Source: Candidatus Tayloriibacteriota bacterium (GTDB taxonomy: Bacteria; Patescibacteriota; Minisyncoccia; Phycocordibacterales; PALSA-1337). From it: DNA of 64,000 nt. The DNA is taken from contig CALRAJ010000003.1 in the NCBI GenBank assembly GCA_943350765.1, forward strand, positions 1,456 through 65,455, written 5' to 3'. The translations under genes were made by a program, and so were the position numbers. The notes beneath the pieces are model-generated. The model was given only the letters and a program-made list of their open reading frames with translations, had not been told where the DNA came from and did not search any database. Of this stretch, positions 48,181 through 57,547 are shown in pieces (positions within the stretch are counted from its first letter, which is position 1; every line of letters starts with the position of its first letter).

Positions 48181-49050
48181 ATGGTCATGACCACACAAAT
48201 CTTAGAAGGGATTTCATTACGAAATAGTACTATTGAGCGTCTTTCCACCAAAATTAAACTTCTTTCAGTACAGCCGACATTAGCAGTAATACAAATAGGC
48301 AACCTCGCGGACTCCACTGCCTTCATAAAAGCTAAAAAAGCTTTCGGAGATAAGATTGGTGCTCGAGTAACCCACACTATTCTTCCAGATAAAATAAAGA
48401 TGGATGGTGTTGTTGCTCTGATAAAAAAGCTCAATGCAGACTCGTCTGTACAAGGTATTTTGGTACAGTTACCCTTGCCATCACATTTAGACAAGCATAC
48501 TATTATAGACACTATTGATCCTAAAAAAGATGTCGATGGACTCACGAGTACTCATACGCAGGAGCTATGGGAAGACGGGTCAGATATTATTTTACCAGCA
48601 ACTGCAAGGGGGATTTTGGCACTACTTGATCATTATAATATTCAGGTGGAAGGCAAAAAGGTGGTCGTAGTCGGGCGCTCAACACTAGTGGGCAAGCCGA
48701 CAGCCATCGCACTTTTAAATAGAAATGCCACAGTGATTATTTGTCATCGAGGGACAGAGAATCTAAAAGAGGAGACTCGTCGAGCTGATATTTTAATAGT
48801 CGCGATAGGGAAAGCAAAGTTTATAAATAAAGATTTTGTCAGGTCAGGACAAGTTGTGATTGATGTGGGGATCAATATCACGAGTGAGAGTAAACCTCGG
48901 CAAGAAGTAGGGAAAAAGAGTTTTGTGGGTGATGTTGATTTTGAGGAAGTTTCAAAAATTGTGTCAGCCATAAGTCCCGTACCCGGTGGTGTGGGTGCAA
49001 TGACCGTAGCATCACTTTTTGAAAATTTACTTGATATAGTCGAGAAATAA
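48181..49050 (+). CDS. folD: methylenetetrahydrofolate dehydrogenase/cyclohydrolase
   Basis: GILVQLPLP, KDVDG, GRSTLVGKP, PVPGGVG. Confidence 0.95.
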   Translation: MVMTTQILEGISLRNSTIERLSTKIKLLSVQPTLAVIQIGNLADSTAFIKAKKAFGDKIGARVTHTILPDKIKMDGVVALIKKLNADSSVQGILVQLPLPSHLDKHTIIDTIDPKKDVDGLTSTHTQELWEDGSDIILPATARGILALLDHYNIQVEGKKVVVVGRSTLVGKPTAIALLNRNATVIICHRGTENLKEETRRADILIVAIGKAKFINKDFVRSGQVVIDVGINITSESKPRQEVGKKSFVGDVDFEEVSKIVSAISPVPGGVGAMTVASLFENLLDIVEK

Positions 49051-49131
49051 GACTGTTTCGGGTGCCTTTTTGGATTTTATGATATAATGTCGGTATAGGA
49101 GGGTTGCTTATTAGTTTAATCTATTATTACT

Positions 49132-49920
49132 ATGCTTACTTTATTTCAAAGTAAATTTTCTAAGGTTATTTTAGGGGTTTTTGCTGTACTCATTTGTTTT
49201 TTAGTATTGGTAAAAACTATGCACGAATATCGAAAGTATACACTTGCAGGCAGTGGCACGAGTGCTACAAATACCATTACAGTAACGGGTTCAGAAGATG
49301 TTTTTGTGGTACCTGATCTAGCAACATTTAGCTATAGTGTTACCGAGCTTGCAAAGACTGTAGCTGAAGCACAAAAGATTGCTACAGATAAAGCCAACAA
49401 AGCTATAGCTTTTCTAAAGCAGAATGGTTTGGCAGATAAAGATATTCAGACCACAAGCTACAGTATTTCTCCTCAGTACGACTATGTTTCAGGGGTATGT
49501 ACTCAGTATGGTTGTCCATCTGGCAAGCAGGTACTCAAGGGCTATGAGGTAAGTCAGAGTGTAACAGTAAAGACAAAGATTGATGATGCGGGCAAGATTT
49601 TGGCAGGTATTGGTCAACTCGGGGTAACTAATCTAAGTGGGTTGCAATTTACTGTGGATAACGAAGATATGTTTATTGCAAAAGCTAGAAAAAATGCCAT
49701 TGACGAAGCAAAGACAAAGGCTCAGGTGCTGGCAAAAGATCTCGGCGTGTCTTTAGTAAGAGTGGTCAATTTTTCTGAAGGCGGAGATTACCCTCGACCA
49801 ATGTACGCAAAAGCTATGACGATGGATTCTTCTGTCGGTATGGGTGGGGGTACTCCAGAGATTGCAAAGGGGGAGAACAAGATTACCTCAAGTGTTTCTA
49901 TTACCTACGAGATACGTTAA
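49132..49920 (+). CDS. SIMPL (DUF541) domain protein
   Basis: TITVTG, PDLA, DIQT, AKDLGVSL. Confidence 0.9.
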   Translation: MLTLFQSKFSKVILGVFAVLICFLVLVKTMHEYRKYTLAGSGTSATNTITVTGSEDVFVVPDLATFSYSVTELAKTVAEAQKIATDKANKAIAFLKQNGLADKDIQTTSYSISPQYDYVSGVCTQYGCPSGKQVLKGYEVSQSVTVKTKIDDAGKILAGIGQLGVTNLSGLQFTVDNEDMFIAKARKNAIDEAKTKAQVLAKDLGVSLVRVVNFSEGGDYPRPMYAKAMTMDSSVGMGGGTPEIAKGENKITSSVSITYEIR

Positions 49921-49983
49921 GATCGGTGTGCAGTACAGACTACATATTTAAAAAGAGCTATATTTATAATTAAAAATAATTCC

Positions 49984-50136
49984 ATGATTACAACAATTGC
50001 TTTTGTCCTAATTGTGCTATGGCTCGTAGGATTTATCGGATTTCATATACTTGGTTCGTTTATACACATCCTGCTGGTTATTGCGGTTATTATGTTCTTG
50101 GTAAGAATTATTCAAGGTAAAAATCCGATACAGTAG
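49984..50136 (+). CDS. lmo0937-family small membrane protein
   Basis: LIVLWLVG...GSFIHILLVIAVI..LVRIIQG. Confidence 0.75.
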   Translation: MITTIAFVLIVLWLVGFIGFHILGSFIHILLVIAVIMFLVRIIQGKNPIQ

Positions 50137-50278
50137 ATCGGACCGTTTATCTTTTTTTGTAAAATATGCCAAAAAGCCCATAAACATGGGCTTTTTGGCT
50201 AATGGTTGACATTTTTTAAAAAAAAGAGTAATCTTTAGGTATATCTACCCCTCACGGGGTTTTTTAATAAAAAAACAT

Positions 50279-50458
50279 ATGCAAATTGTTGATTATATCA
50301 AGGACACAAAGGGCGAATTGACTCATGTGAGCTGGCCTACCAAACGCCAAGCGGTCATGTACACGGTGTTTGTGGTGATTATTTCTATCGTTACAGCTTT
50401 TTTTCTAGGCTTTTTTGACTATATTTTTTCAATTGGGCTTAATAAGCTAATTTCATAA
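50279..50458 (+). CDS. secE: preprotein translocase subunit SecE
   Basis: [12 protein letters not shown] + TM; directly upstream of nusG; TTGACA-N17-TAATCT at 50206-50234. Confidence 0.92.
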   Translation: MQIVDYIKDTKGELTHVSWPTKRQAVMYTVFVVIISIVTAFFLGFFDYIFSIGLNKLIS

Positions 50459-50462
50459 AAAA

Positions 50463-51008
50463 ATGTCAAAACAACAAATCGAAGGTCAGCGAAATTGGTA
50501 TGCTATCCATACTTATGCCGGGTATGAAAATGCTGTTGTACGAAACCTAAAACAGCGTATCGAGTCTCTAGGTATGGAGGACAAGATTTTTAATGTTTTG
50601 GTACCGACCGAAAAGACAGTAAAAGTAAAAGGTGGTAAGCGAGTAGAAGAGGATACAAAAATATACCCAGGATATATTCTCGTGGATATGATCGTTACCG
50701 ATGACTCATGGTATGTGGTACGCAACACCCCTCGAGTGACGGGCTTTGTGGGTTCAGGTGTAACCCCCGTACCTCTGGAGAAAAAAGAGGTAGACCAGCT
50801 TTTGGGTAAAATGAATAGTAAGACGGTAAAGCATGCGATAGACCTGTCTCCCGATGACTCAGTAATCATCACAGACGGACCATTTAAGGAGCTTGAAGGC
50901 AAGGTGTCTGAGGTAGATGCTGAACGAGGCAAGGTCAAGGTACTCGTTTCGATGTTTGGTCGGGAAACTCCAGTAGAGCTGGACTTCTTGCAAATCAAGA
51001 AGATTTAG
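50463..51008 (+). CDS. nusG: transcription factor NusG
   Basis: [37 protein letters not shown]. Confidence 0.97.
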   Translation: MSKQQIEGQRNWYAIHTYAGYENAVVRNLKQRIESLGMEDKIFNVLVPTEKTVKVKGGKRVEEDTKIYPGYILVDMIVTDDSWYVVRNTPRVTGFVGSGVTPVPLEKKEVDQLLGKMNSKTVKHAIDLSPDDSVIITDGPFKELEGKVSEVDAERGKVKVLVSMFGRETPVELDFLQIKKI

Positions 51009-51021
51009 GGTATTGTGGGGT

Positions 51022-51145
51022 CACGAAGTTCTTTATCGGCATATCTTTTAAATGGCACGAGTATTTTCTTGCTAGAAAATCTCTCAAGTCTCAGCTACCC
51101 GCTTCCGAAGTCCATTTAAAAGATACGCCTTCAACGAACTTCGTG
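51022..51145. mobile_element. MITE-like element, family D, between nusG and rplK
   Basis: Shares core with copies at 9667, 44181 and 53063. Confidence 0.65.
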
Positions 51146-51259
51146 GCGGAGTACTCCATGCTTCTTGGGGTAATCTACCTTGTTTATTCATAATATTATA
51201 ATACTTACTCGTCCCGCCGTAGCTTTAGCGAAGGTGGAAATCTAACTTCTATTTAAAAA

Positions 51260-51682
51260 ATGGCTAAAAAAATTACAAAAAAATTAAAGCTCCAGATTGC
51301 TGGAGGAAAGGCAAATCCAGCACCTCCAGTCGGTCCTGCACTCGGTCAAGCTGGAGTAAATATCGGTGAATTCGTCAAGCGTTTTAATGACGCCACAAAG
51401 ACGATGATCGGAGATATTGTTCCTGTCGAAATTTCTGTTTACGAAGACCGAACATTTGATTTTATTCTCAAAACTCCTCCAGCTTCAAGTCTTATTCTCA
51501 AGGCTATTGGCAAGGAAAAGGGTTCGGGTAAGCCAAACTCTGCAAAGATCGGTACTATTACCAAAGCACAGATCAGAGCGATCGCTGAAAAGAAACTTCC
51601 AGATCTCAATGCCAATGATATCAATGCCGCTATGAAGATTATAGAAGGTTCTGCACGGTCAATGGGAGTTGACGTCAAATAA
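51260..51682 (+). CDS. rplK: 50S ribosomal protein L11
   Basis: [26 protein letters not shown]. Confidence 0.98.
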   Translation: MAKKITKKLKLQIAGGKANPAPPVGPALGQAGVNIGEFVKRFNDATKTMIGDIVPVEISVYEDRTFDFILKTPPASSLILKAIGKEKGSGKPNSAKIGTITKAQIRAIAEKKLPDLNANDINAAMKIIEGSARSMGVDVK

Positions 51683-51780
51683 TGGCTAAAACAATTTTTA
51701 CTAAAATTGTTCGCCCGAACATTTTTCTACTGAAAAATGTTTTAGGGGTGTGGATGTGAAATAGATTTCTCTCTAAAAAT

Positions 51781-51815
51781 AAAAACCACCAGCCGTTTAC
51801 GGCTGGCGGTTTTTA
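51781..51815. terminator. terminator after rplK
   Basis: AAAAACCACCAGCCG-TTTA-CGGCTGGCGGTTTTT. Confidence 0.75.
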
Positions 51816-51883
51816 TTTGTGTGTGATAGTCTGAGAAAAGATGTTGGTCAACCAAAACTCAAAACTCGATCCAAAACTGAATT

Positions 51884-52330
51884 ATGCACCACAATTATTT
51901 TAAGAGGGTGATCTATGTTGGATGTGCTCTCACTACAGCTACGGACAAATTGAAAACTGATGTTGGGCGCTTGAAAACTGCCTTGCGTGATGATTACCAT
52001 GTTCTCGATTTCATCGGCTTGGTCAACGGAACACCTACAGATGTATATCGCTGGGATATTCATCGTTGTGTTGCCACATGTGAACTTCTCATTGCAATTT
52101 GTGACGAGTCTGCCACTGGCCTCGGCTATGAAATGGGGGTTGCTGTGGAGAAGCGGGGAATTCCTGTGATCGCTGTCGCACACTCGTCAGCAAAGGTCAC
52201 TCGGCTAGTCGTCGGTGTGGATCACCCCAGGTATCAATTTCTTCGCTGTGATGATATTTTGGATTTGTTGCCTCTGGTGGGGCGGATGTTGCCAGCGAAT
52301 CAGCAAAGCGTTTTCTCGTTTCTCGTATAA
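51884..52330 (+). CDS. nucleoside 2-deoxyribosyltransferase-like protein
   Basis: IYVG.AL, DVYRWD...V..C, ATGLGYEMG.A. Confidence 0.7.
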   Translation: MHHNYFKRVIYVGCALTTATDKLKTDVGRLKTALRDDYHVLDFIGLVNGTPTDVYRWDIHRCVATCELLIAICDESATGLGYEMGVAVEKRGIPVIAVAHSSAKVTRLVVGVDHPRYQFLRCDDILDLLPLVGRMLPANQQSVFSFLV

Positions 52331-52508
52331 ACACAGTTAAAGCCACTTGTTATAATACAAGTCCATGCCGAAATGCATGGTTTTTATTTGAGGATTTTAA
52401 AGAATTAGAAGAACGGAGTTTTTGATAAAACAGCCCTGATTAGAGGCACGGTTTGGCGGAAAGGCTCAACGGCACGCCGTTGAGCCTTTGAACTGTTTTT
52501 TGACCCAA

Positions 52509-53045
52509 TCATCGAGCTAGGTCTAGCCATTTATACTTTAATCCAGTTTTTTCATCTATTTTATCTTCTCGAAATGTCTCTTTAGTAAACTCTGGATATA
52601 GCGGAAAGAAAACATCTCCAGAGGCATCACTTTCTACGAGAGTAAGGTAGAGTTTTTGAGTAAAAGGTAATCCTTGGGCGTATATTTCTCCACCGCCGAT
52701 CAGAAAGATCTCTGGGTCATTTGGATTATTTTTGGTTTCTATCCCCCAAGCTTTTTCTATGGCTTCTTCAATATTTAGAACTACAAATGCGTCTGGAGCG
52801 GTAAAGCTTTTATTTCTGGTAACGACAAAATTACTACGGTTTGGTAAGGCTTTGCCTATGGACTGATAGGTTTTTCTTCCTAAAATTACCGCATGCCCCG
52901 ATGTGATTTGTTTGAAGCGTTTTAAATCATCAGAAATACGAAACAGAAGATGTGCCCCGTTTCCAATACAGCCGTTCTTTTTTGTAATAGCTACCACAAT
53001 ACTTATTTTGGGTTTTGTCATGTTGTTTTTGTTTCCGTAAGGCAT
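52509..53045 (-). CDS. folA: dihydrofolate reductase
   Basis: IG...L...SDDLKRFK, LGRKTYQSI...LPNR, IGGGEIY, GDVFFP. Confidence 0.93.
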   Translation of the reverse strand: MPYGNKNNMTKPKISIVVAITKKNGCIGNGAHLLFRISDDLKRFKQITSGHAVILGRKTYQSIGKALPNRSNFVVTRNKSFTAPDAFVVLNIEEAIEKAWGIETKNNPNDPEIFLIGGGEIYAQGLPFTQKLYLTLVESDASGDVFFPLYPEFTKETFREDKIDEKTGLKYKWLDLAR

Positions 53046-53062
53046 ATACTGATAGTATAGCA

Positions 53063-53202
53063 TTTTCAACTCCAAACTTCGTTGAAGGCGTATCTTTTAA
53101 ATGGACTTCGGAGGTGGGTAACCGAGACTTGAGAGATTTTCTACCAAGAAAATACTCGTGCCATTTAAAAGATGTGCCGAGAAAGAAGTTTGGAATTGAA
53201 AA
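53063..53202. mobile_element. MITE-like element, family D
   Basis: Inverted near-copy of 51022-51145. Confidence 0.65.
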
Positions 53203-53224
53203 TGTACCCTTTTAATAAAACAAC

Positions 53225-53905
53225 ATGTCCCACAGCTATGAAATCGAAATAAAAAGTCTGCTCGGCTCAAAAGAAAATGCCGACAAGCTCAAGCATGCTC
53301 TTTTGCAAAAAGACCCAAGTATGTCCTTGGTGGGTAAGGGCAAGCAACTCAATCATTATTTTAATACTCCAGCTGATCTTTCAAAATTGGAAAAAGTAGT
53401 CATGCCGATTATTGAAAAAAGTAAGATTGATTCGCTCAAGAAAATTGTCGCAGAAGGTAAAAAAGTTTCTATTCGTACTCGTGATGCTGATGGTAAAGTA
53501 CTTTTTGTTATCAAAGCTTCAATAAGTGATGATAGTAGTGCCAACGGAGTTTCGCGTATAGAGTTTGAGTCTATCGTCAAACTTTCACTCGGAAAGCTTG
53601 ACCAAGTGCTTTTAGATGCGGGCCTGACCTATCAAGCAAAGTGGTCTCGTGAGCGTGAGGAGTATCAGGTCGGAGATATGCATGTCTGCCTCGATAAGAA
53701 TGCTGGCTATGGCTACCTTGCCGAGTTTGAAAAAGTGCTTTCTTCGGCAGGAGAGGCAGAAAAAGCCAAGACAGACCTGCTCGCGTTTATGAAAAGTGTC
53801 GGTGTTATCGAGCTAGACCAAGCAAGGCTCGAGCGAATGTTTGCTCACTATAATGCTCATTGGGCGGAGTATTATGGGACAGATAATATTTTCGATATAC
53901 AGTAA
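53225..53905 (+). CDS. CYTH-domain protein
   Basis: YEIEIK (ExExK), RIEFE, REEY, GYLAEFE. Confidence 0.75.
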   Translation: MSHSYEIEIKSLLGSKENADKLKHALLQKDPSMSLVGKGKQLNHYFNTPADLSKLEKVVMPIIEKSKIDSLKKIVAEGKKVSIRTRDADGKVLFVIKASISDDSSANGVSRIEFESIVKLSLGKLDQVLLDAGLTYQAKWSREREEYQVGDMHVCLDKNAGYGYLAEFEKVLSSAGEAEKAKTDLLAFMKSVGVIELDQARLERMFAHYNAHWAEYYGTDNIFDIQ

Positions 53906-53921
53906 TAATTATAATAACTTT

Positions 53922-54491
53922 ATGTTTCTATCAGATATAGATATCAAAAAAGGACTAGAAAGTGGTGCTATCGTCATAAAGCCTTTTGATGAGAAAAAAC
54001 TTCAGCTGGCAAGTTATGATGTGACACTCGGAAACGAATTTGAGGTAACTAATCGTTTTAGTACCACTTTTGTTGATCCTGTAAATAAGATATACCCATC
54101 AACTCAAACAATAAAAGTTGCTGATGGAAATCAGTTCGTGTTGCATCCAGGAGAGACTGTTCTAGGAAAACAAAAGGAGTTTGTCGGTGTCGATCACAAA
54201 CATCTCATGCTTTTGTCTGGTAAAAGTAGTCTCGCTCGTGCAGGACTTGTTGTTCATAATACAGCTATGCTTTTTAATCCAGGGCATCATTTCTACCCCA
54301 CATTTGAGCTTTTAAATACGAGTTCTGTACCCATCATTTTACGTCCTGGAATGCCTGTAGCCCAACTTTTGTTTGCTGAACTAAAGACTGAGTCGGGTAA
54401 AACATATCATGGAAAAATGGGTGTCGGGCGGTTTGATCATAAGAACTCCGATCATTTTGCAGAACCAAAAGTAAAAGGGAAAAATAAATAA
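53922..54491 (+). CDS. dcd: dCTP deaminase
   Basis: [34 protein letters not shown]. Confidence 0.9.
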   Translation: MFLSDIDIKKGLESGAIVIKPFDEKKLQLASYDVTLGNEFEVTNRFSTTFVDPVNKIYPSTQTIKVADGNQFVLHPGETVLGKQKEFVGVDHKHLMLLSGKSSLARAGLVVHNTAMLFNPGHHFYPTFELLNTSSVPIILRPGMPVAQLLFAELKTESGKTYHGKMGVGRFDHKNSDHFAEPKVKGKNK

Positions 54492-54543
54492 ACGAGCGTC
54501 GCGCTTTAATGGACGATTGCGCGACATAATTTCGCAAAATTAC

Positions 54544-55569
54544 ATGAAAAATAAAACCACTTCAAAAACTGCAAAACAACCTAAAATAGAGCGACATCCA
54601 GAATATCAGTATCTCGATCTACTCGCGGATATTATGAAAAACGGTTTTGAAAAGCACGAGTTCAATACGGGCATTGCTATTAAAAGTGTGTTTGGTAGAA
54701 GCATGCGTTATGACCTCTCCAAAGGTTTCCCACTTTTGACCACTAAAAAAGTTTTCTTACGGGGTATCATCCACGAGCTTTTGTGGTTTCTAAAAGGTGA
54801 TATCAATATTAAATATCTGGTGGACAACGATGTGCACATCTGGGATGACTGGCCATACAAAGAGTATAAAAAGAAGATGGAAAAAGGTGAAGTGCCAAAT
54901 CTCACCATTGATGAATTTATCAAAAAGATAAAAGATGATCCTGATTATGCAAAAAAGTGGGGTAATCTTGGCCCCGTATATGGTAGGCAATGGCGCAAAT
55001 GGCCTGCTGCGGACGGTAGAGAGATAGACCAGCTCGCTTGGGCGATAGAAAAGAGTAAAAAGTACCCAGACAGAAAGCATGTGGTTATTTCAGCGTGGAA
55101 TCCCGAGTATGTCTACGAGATGGCTTTGCCGGGTACTTCAATGGCTATTCCACCGTGCCATACACTTTTTAATCTCAATGTGACCAACGGCAAACTTTCT
55201 CTTGCTCTCTATCAGCGCAGTGCGGACTCATTTCTTGGTGTACCTTTTAATATTGCGAGTTATGCACTACTTACAATGATTTTGGCTCAGGTGTGCGGGT
55301 ATAAGGTAGGGGAGTTTGTGCATTTTTTGGGTGATACGCACATTTACGGTAACCACTATGAGCAAGTCAAAGAGCAAATGAAACGAAAACCGCGACCGTT
55401 TCCGACGATGAAAATCAATCCAGCTCGGAAAAATATTGACGATTTCGTATTTGAGGACTTTACTATAGAAAATTACGACCCGCATCCACCGATAAAAGGC
55501 GAGATCACTGCTGTAGGCGGTTTTAATGAAAAAGACCGCAAGGATTTTACGATGAAGAAAAATAAATAG
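54544..55569 (+). CDS. thyA: thymidylate synthase
   Basis: [35 protein letters not shown]. Confidence 0.97.
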   Translation: MKNKTTSKTAKQPKIERHPEYQYLDLLADIMKNGFEKHEFNTGIAIKSVFGRSMRYDLSKGFPLLTTKKVFLRGIIHELLWFLKGDINIKYLVDNDVHIWDDWPYKEYKKKMEKGEVPNLTIDEFIKKIKDDPDYAKKWGNLGPVYGRQWRKWPAADGREIDQLAWAIEKSKKYPDRKHVVISAWNPEYVYEMALPGTSMAIPPCHTLFNLNVTNGKLSLALYQRSADSFLGVPFNIASYALLTMILAQVCGYKVGEFVHFLGDTHIYGNHYEQVKEQMKRKPRPFPTMKINPARKNIDDFVFEDFTIENYDPHPPIKGEITAVGGFNEKDRKDFTMKKNK

Positions 55570-55595
55570 TGTGTAAATGATAATTTTAAATTTCC

Positions 55596-56819
55596 ATGAA
55601 AGATACCCAAATCAAAAAACTCATCGAGTCTGAAAAAAAGCGTCAAAAAAAGGTGATCAACCTCATCGCCTCAGAAAATGTGGTATCAAAGGATGTGCTC
55701 AAAGCCCTTGGTTCCGAGCTGACTAATAAGTATGCGGAAGGGTATCCAGGTAAACGGTATTATGGAGGTAATGAAGTGGTAGATGAGCTAGAATCTCTCG
55801 CCCAGACTCGGGCACTACGACTTTTTGGACTTTCTCCTGATCTCTGGCATGTCAATGTCCAGCCACTTTCTGGCTCTCCAGCCAATCTCGCGGTGTATTT
55901 GGCACTTGTCCCTATTGGCGGGAAAATTATGGGCATGTCTCTCGACAACGGGGGACATTTGACTCATGGACACAAAGTTTCTATGACTGGCAAGGCTTGG
56001 GTACAGGTGCCGTTTGGGGTGGATCCAAAAACAGAAGTGATCGACTACGATAGTCTGAAACAAAAAGCGGTTGCTGAAAAGCCAGCTATCATTGTCGCTG
56101 GATTTACTGCCTATCCTCGCACCGTAGATTTTAAAAAGTTTAGAGAAGTGGCTGATGCTTGTGGCCCCGACTCTCCGGTCGGGACAGGCGCGATACTGAT
56201 GGTAGACATGTCACATTTTGCAGGGCTTGTGGCGGGCAAGGCTTACCCAAGTCCATTCGAATATGCCGATGTGGTGACGACTACTGTGCACAAGACCTTG
56301 CGTGGTCCTCGCTCAGCACTTATTTTTGTACGAAAGGATAAGACAAAGCTAAATACAAAAGGCGTCCCAGTGTCTTTTGCCGACCTCATAGACAAAGCTG
56401 TTTTCCCGGGACTTCAGGGTGGCCCACATTTAAATCAAATCGCAGCTGTAGCAGTGGCACTTAAAGAGGCGTCTACCCCGGCGTTTAAAAAGTATGCACA
56501 GCAAGTGGTAAAAAATGCCAAAGTTTTGGCTGACGAGCTCACGAAAAAGGGTTGGAGGATTGTTTCTGGAGGGACCGACTCTCATTTAGTACTTATCGAC
56601 ACATGGATGGGTGGCAAGGGTATTGGTGGAAAGGAGGCTAGTGACCGTCTCGAGAAGGCAGGTATTATTGTGAATAAAAATACGATTCCTGGAGAGACTC
56701 GTACACCGGTAGATCCGTCTGGTATAAGGGTGGGTTCTGCTGCCGAGACGACTCGTGGTAAAAAAGAGAAGGATTTTCGGAAGGTTGCAGAGAATATTGA
56801 TAAGGTTTTGAGTGCTTAA
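55596..56819 (+). CDS. glyA: serine hydroxymethyltransferase
   Basis: LIASEN, NKYAEGYPGKRYYGG, GGHLTHG, TT.HKTLRGPR. Confidence 0.97.
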   Translation: MKDTQIKKLIESEKKRQKKVINLIASENVVSKDVLKALGSELTNKYAEGYPGKRYYGGNEVVDELESLAQTRALRLFGLSPDLWHVNVQPLSGSPANLAVYLALVPIGGKIMGMSLDNGGHLTHGHKVSMTGKAWVQVPFGVDPKTEVIDYDSLKQKAVAEKPAIIVAGFTAYPRTVDFKKFREVADACGPDSPVGTGAILMVDMSHFAGLVAGKAYPSPFEYADVVTTTVHKTLRGPRSALIFVRKDKTKLNTKGVPVSFADLIDKAVFPGLQGGPHLNQIAAVAVALKEASTPAFKKYAQQVVKNAKVLADELTKKGWRIVSGGTDSHLVLIDTWMGGKGIGGKEASDRLEKAGIIVNKNTIPGETRTPVDPSGIRVGSAAETTRGKKEKDFRKVAENIDKVLSA

Positions 56820-56856
56820 TTGGTACTTACGGTAATGATATGTTATAATAAATTAA

Positions 56857-57312
56857 ATGGATAAAATAAAGATATTTAAGTATTTGTCGCGAGCACAAAG
56901 TGTTTTTATTGCAATTTTATCTTTTGGATATCTAACTTTGTTTTTTCTGCCATTTGTTAGTTCTGAGCTTGATGATCGCCTTGGCGAAACCAAATTTGTA
57001 ATCTTTGCTGTATTAGGAGTAGGCTGTATACTGCTTATTGTTTTGAGGGCATTTATTTATCACTTTAGAAAACAGATTGCCATAACCGACGAGACAGAGA
57101 TTAAAAAAGTCTTGAGTTCTAATGAGCCGATTTTTAAAGTGGGGATATTTTTAGCACTTATCTTTCTATTAGTCTTTTTTTCTTGGCTCGGATTGTTTGC
57201 TTTATCAGCTACCGACGGCAGACCCTCAGGTATTATTTTTGCCATAATATTTTATGGAGGTATATTGCTAGTGATTGTTACGTCCATTGTTCGTTTGTTT
57301 AAGAAGAAGTAA
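56857..57312 (+). CDS. hypothetical 4-TM protein
   Basis: Hydrophobic ORF with TATAAT 7 nt upstream. Confidence 0.65.
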   Translation: MDKIKIFKYLSRAQSVFIAILSFGYLTLFFLPFVSSELDDRLGETKFVIFAVLGVGCILLIVLRAFIYHFRKQIAITDETEIKKVLSSNEPIFKVGIFLALIFLLVFFSWLGLFALSATDGRPSGIIFAIIFYGGILLVIVTSIVRLFKKK

Positions 57313-57547
57313 GAAATTCTATTTTATTAAAAACAGTCATTGATAAAAACTAGAAAATAGCCTCGAGTAGGGGCGTAGTTTGGCGGAAAGGCTCGACGGG
57401 TGACCAGTGAGCCGTTGAACCTGTTTCCCCCGATTTTCAGTAGAAAATCGGGGGACTGACTGAGTACTCGGTACTTTCGACTTTTGAACTGCTCCCATTC
57501 TTAATTCCTAAATCTGGCTTCTACTCAAAATATGCTATAGTACTATT

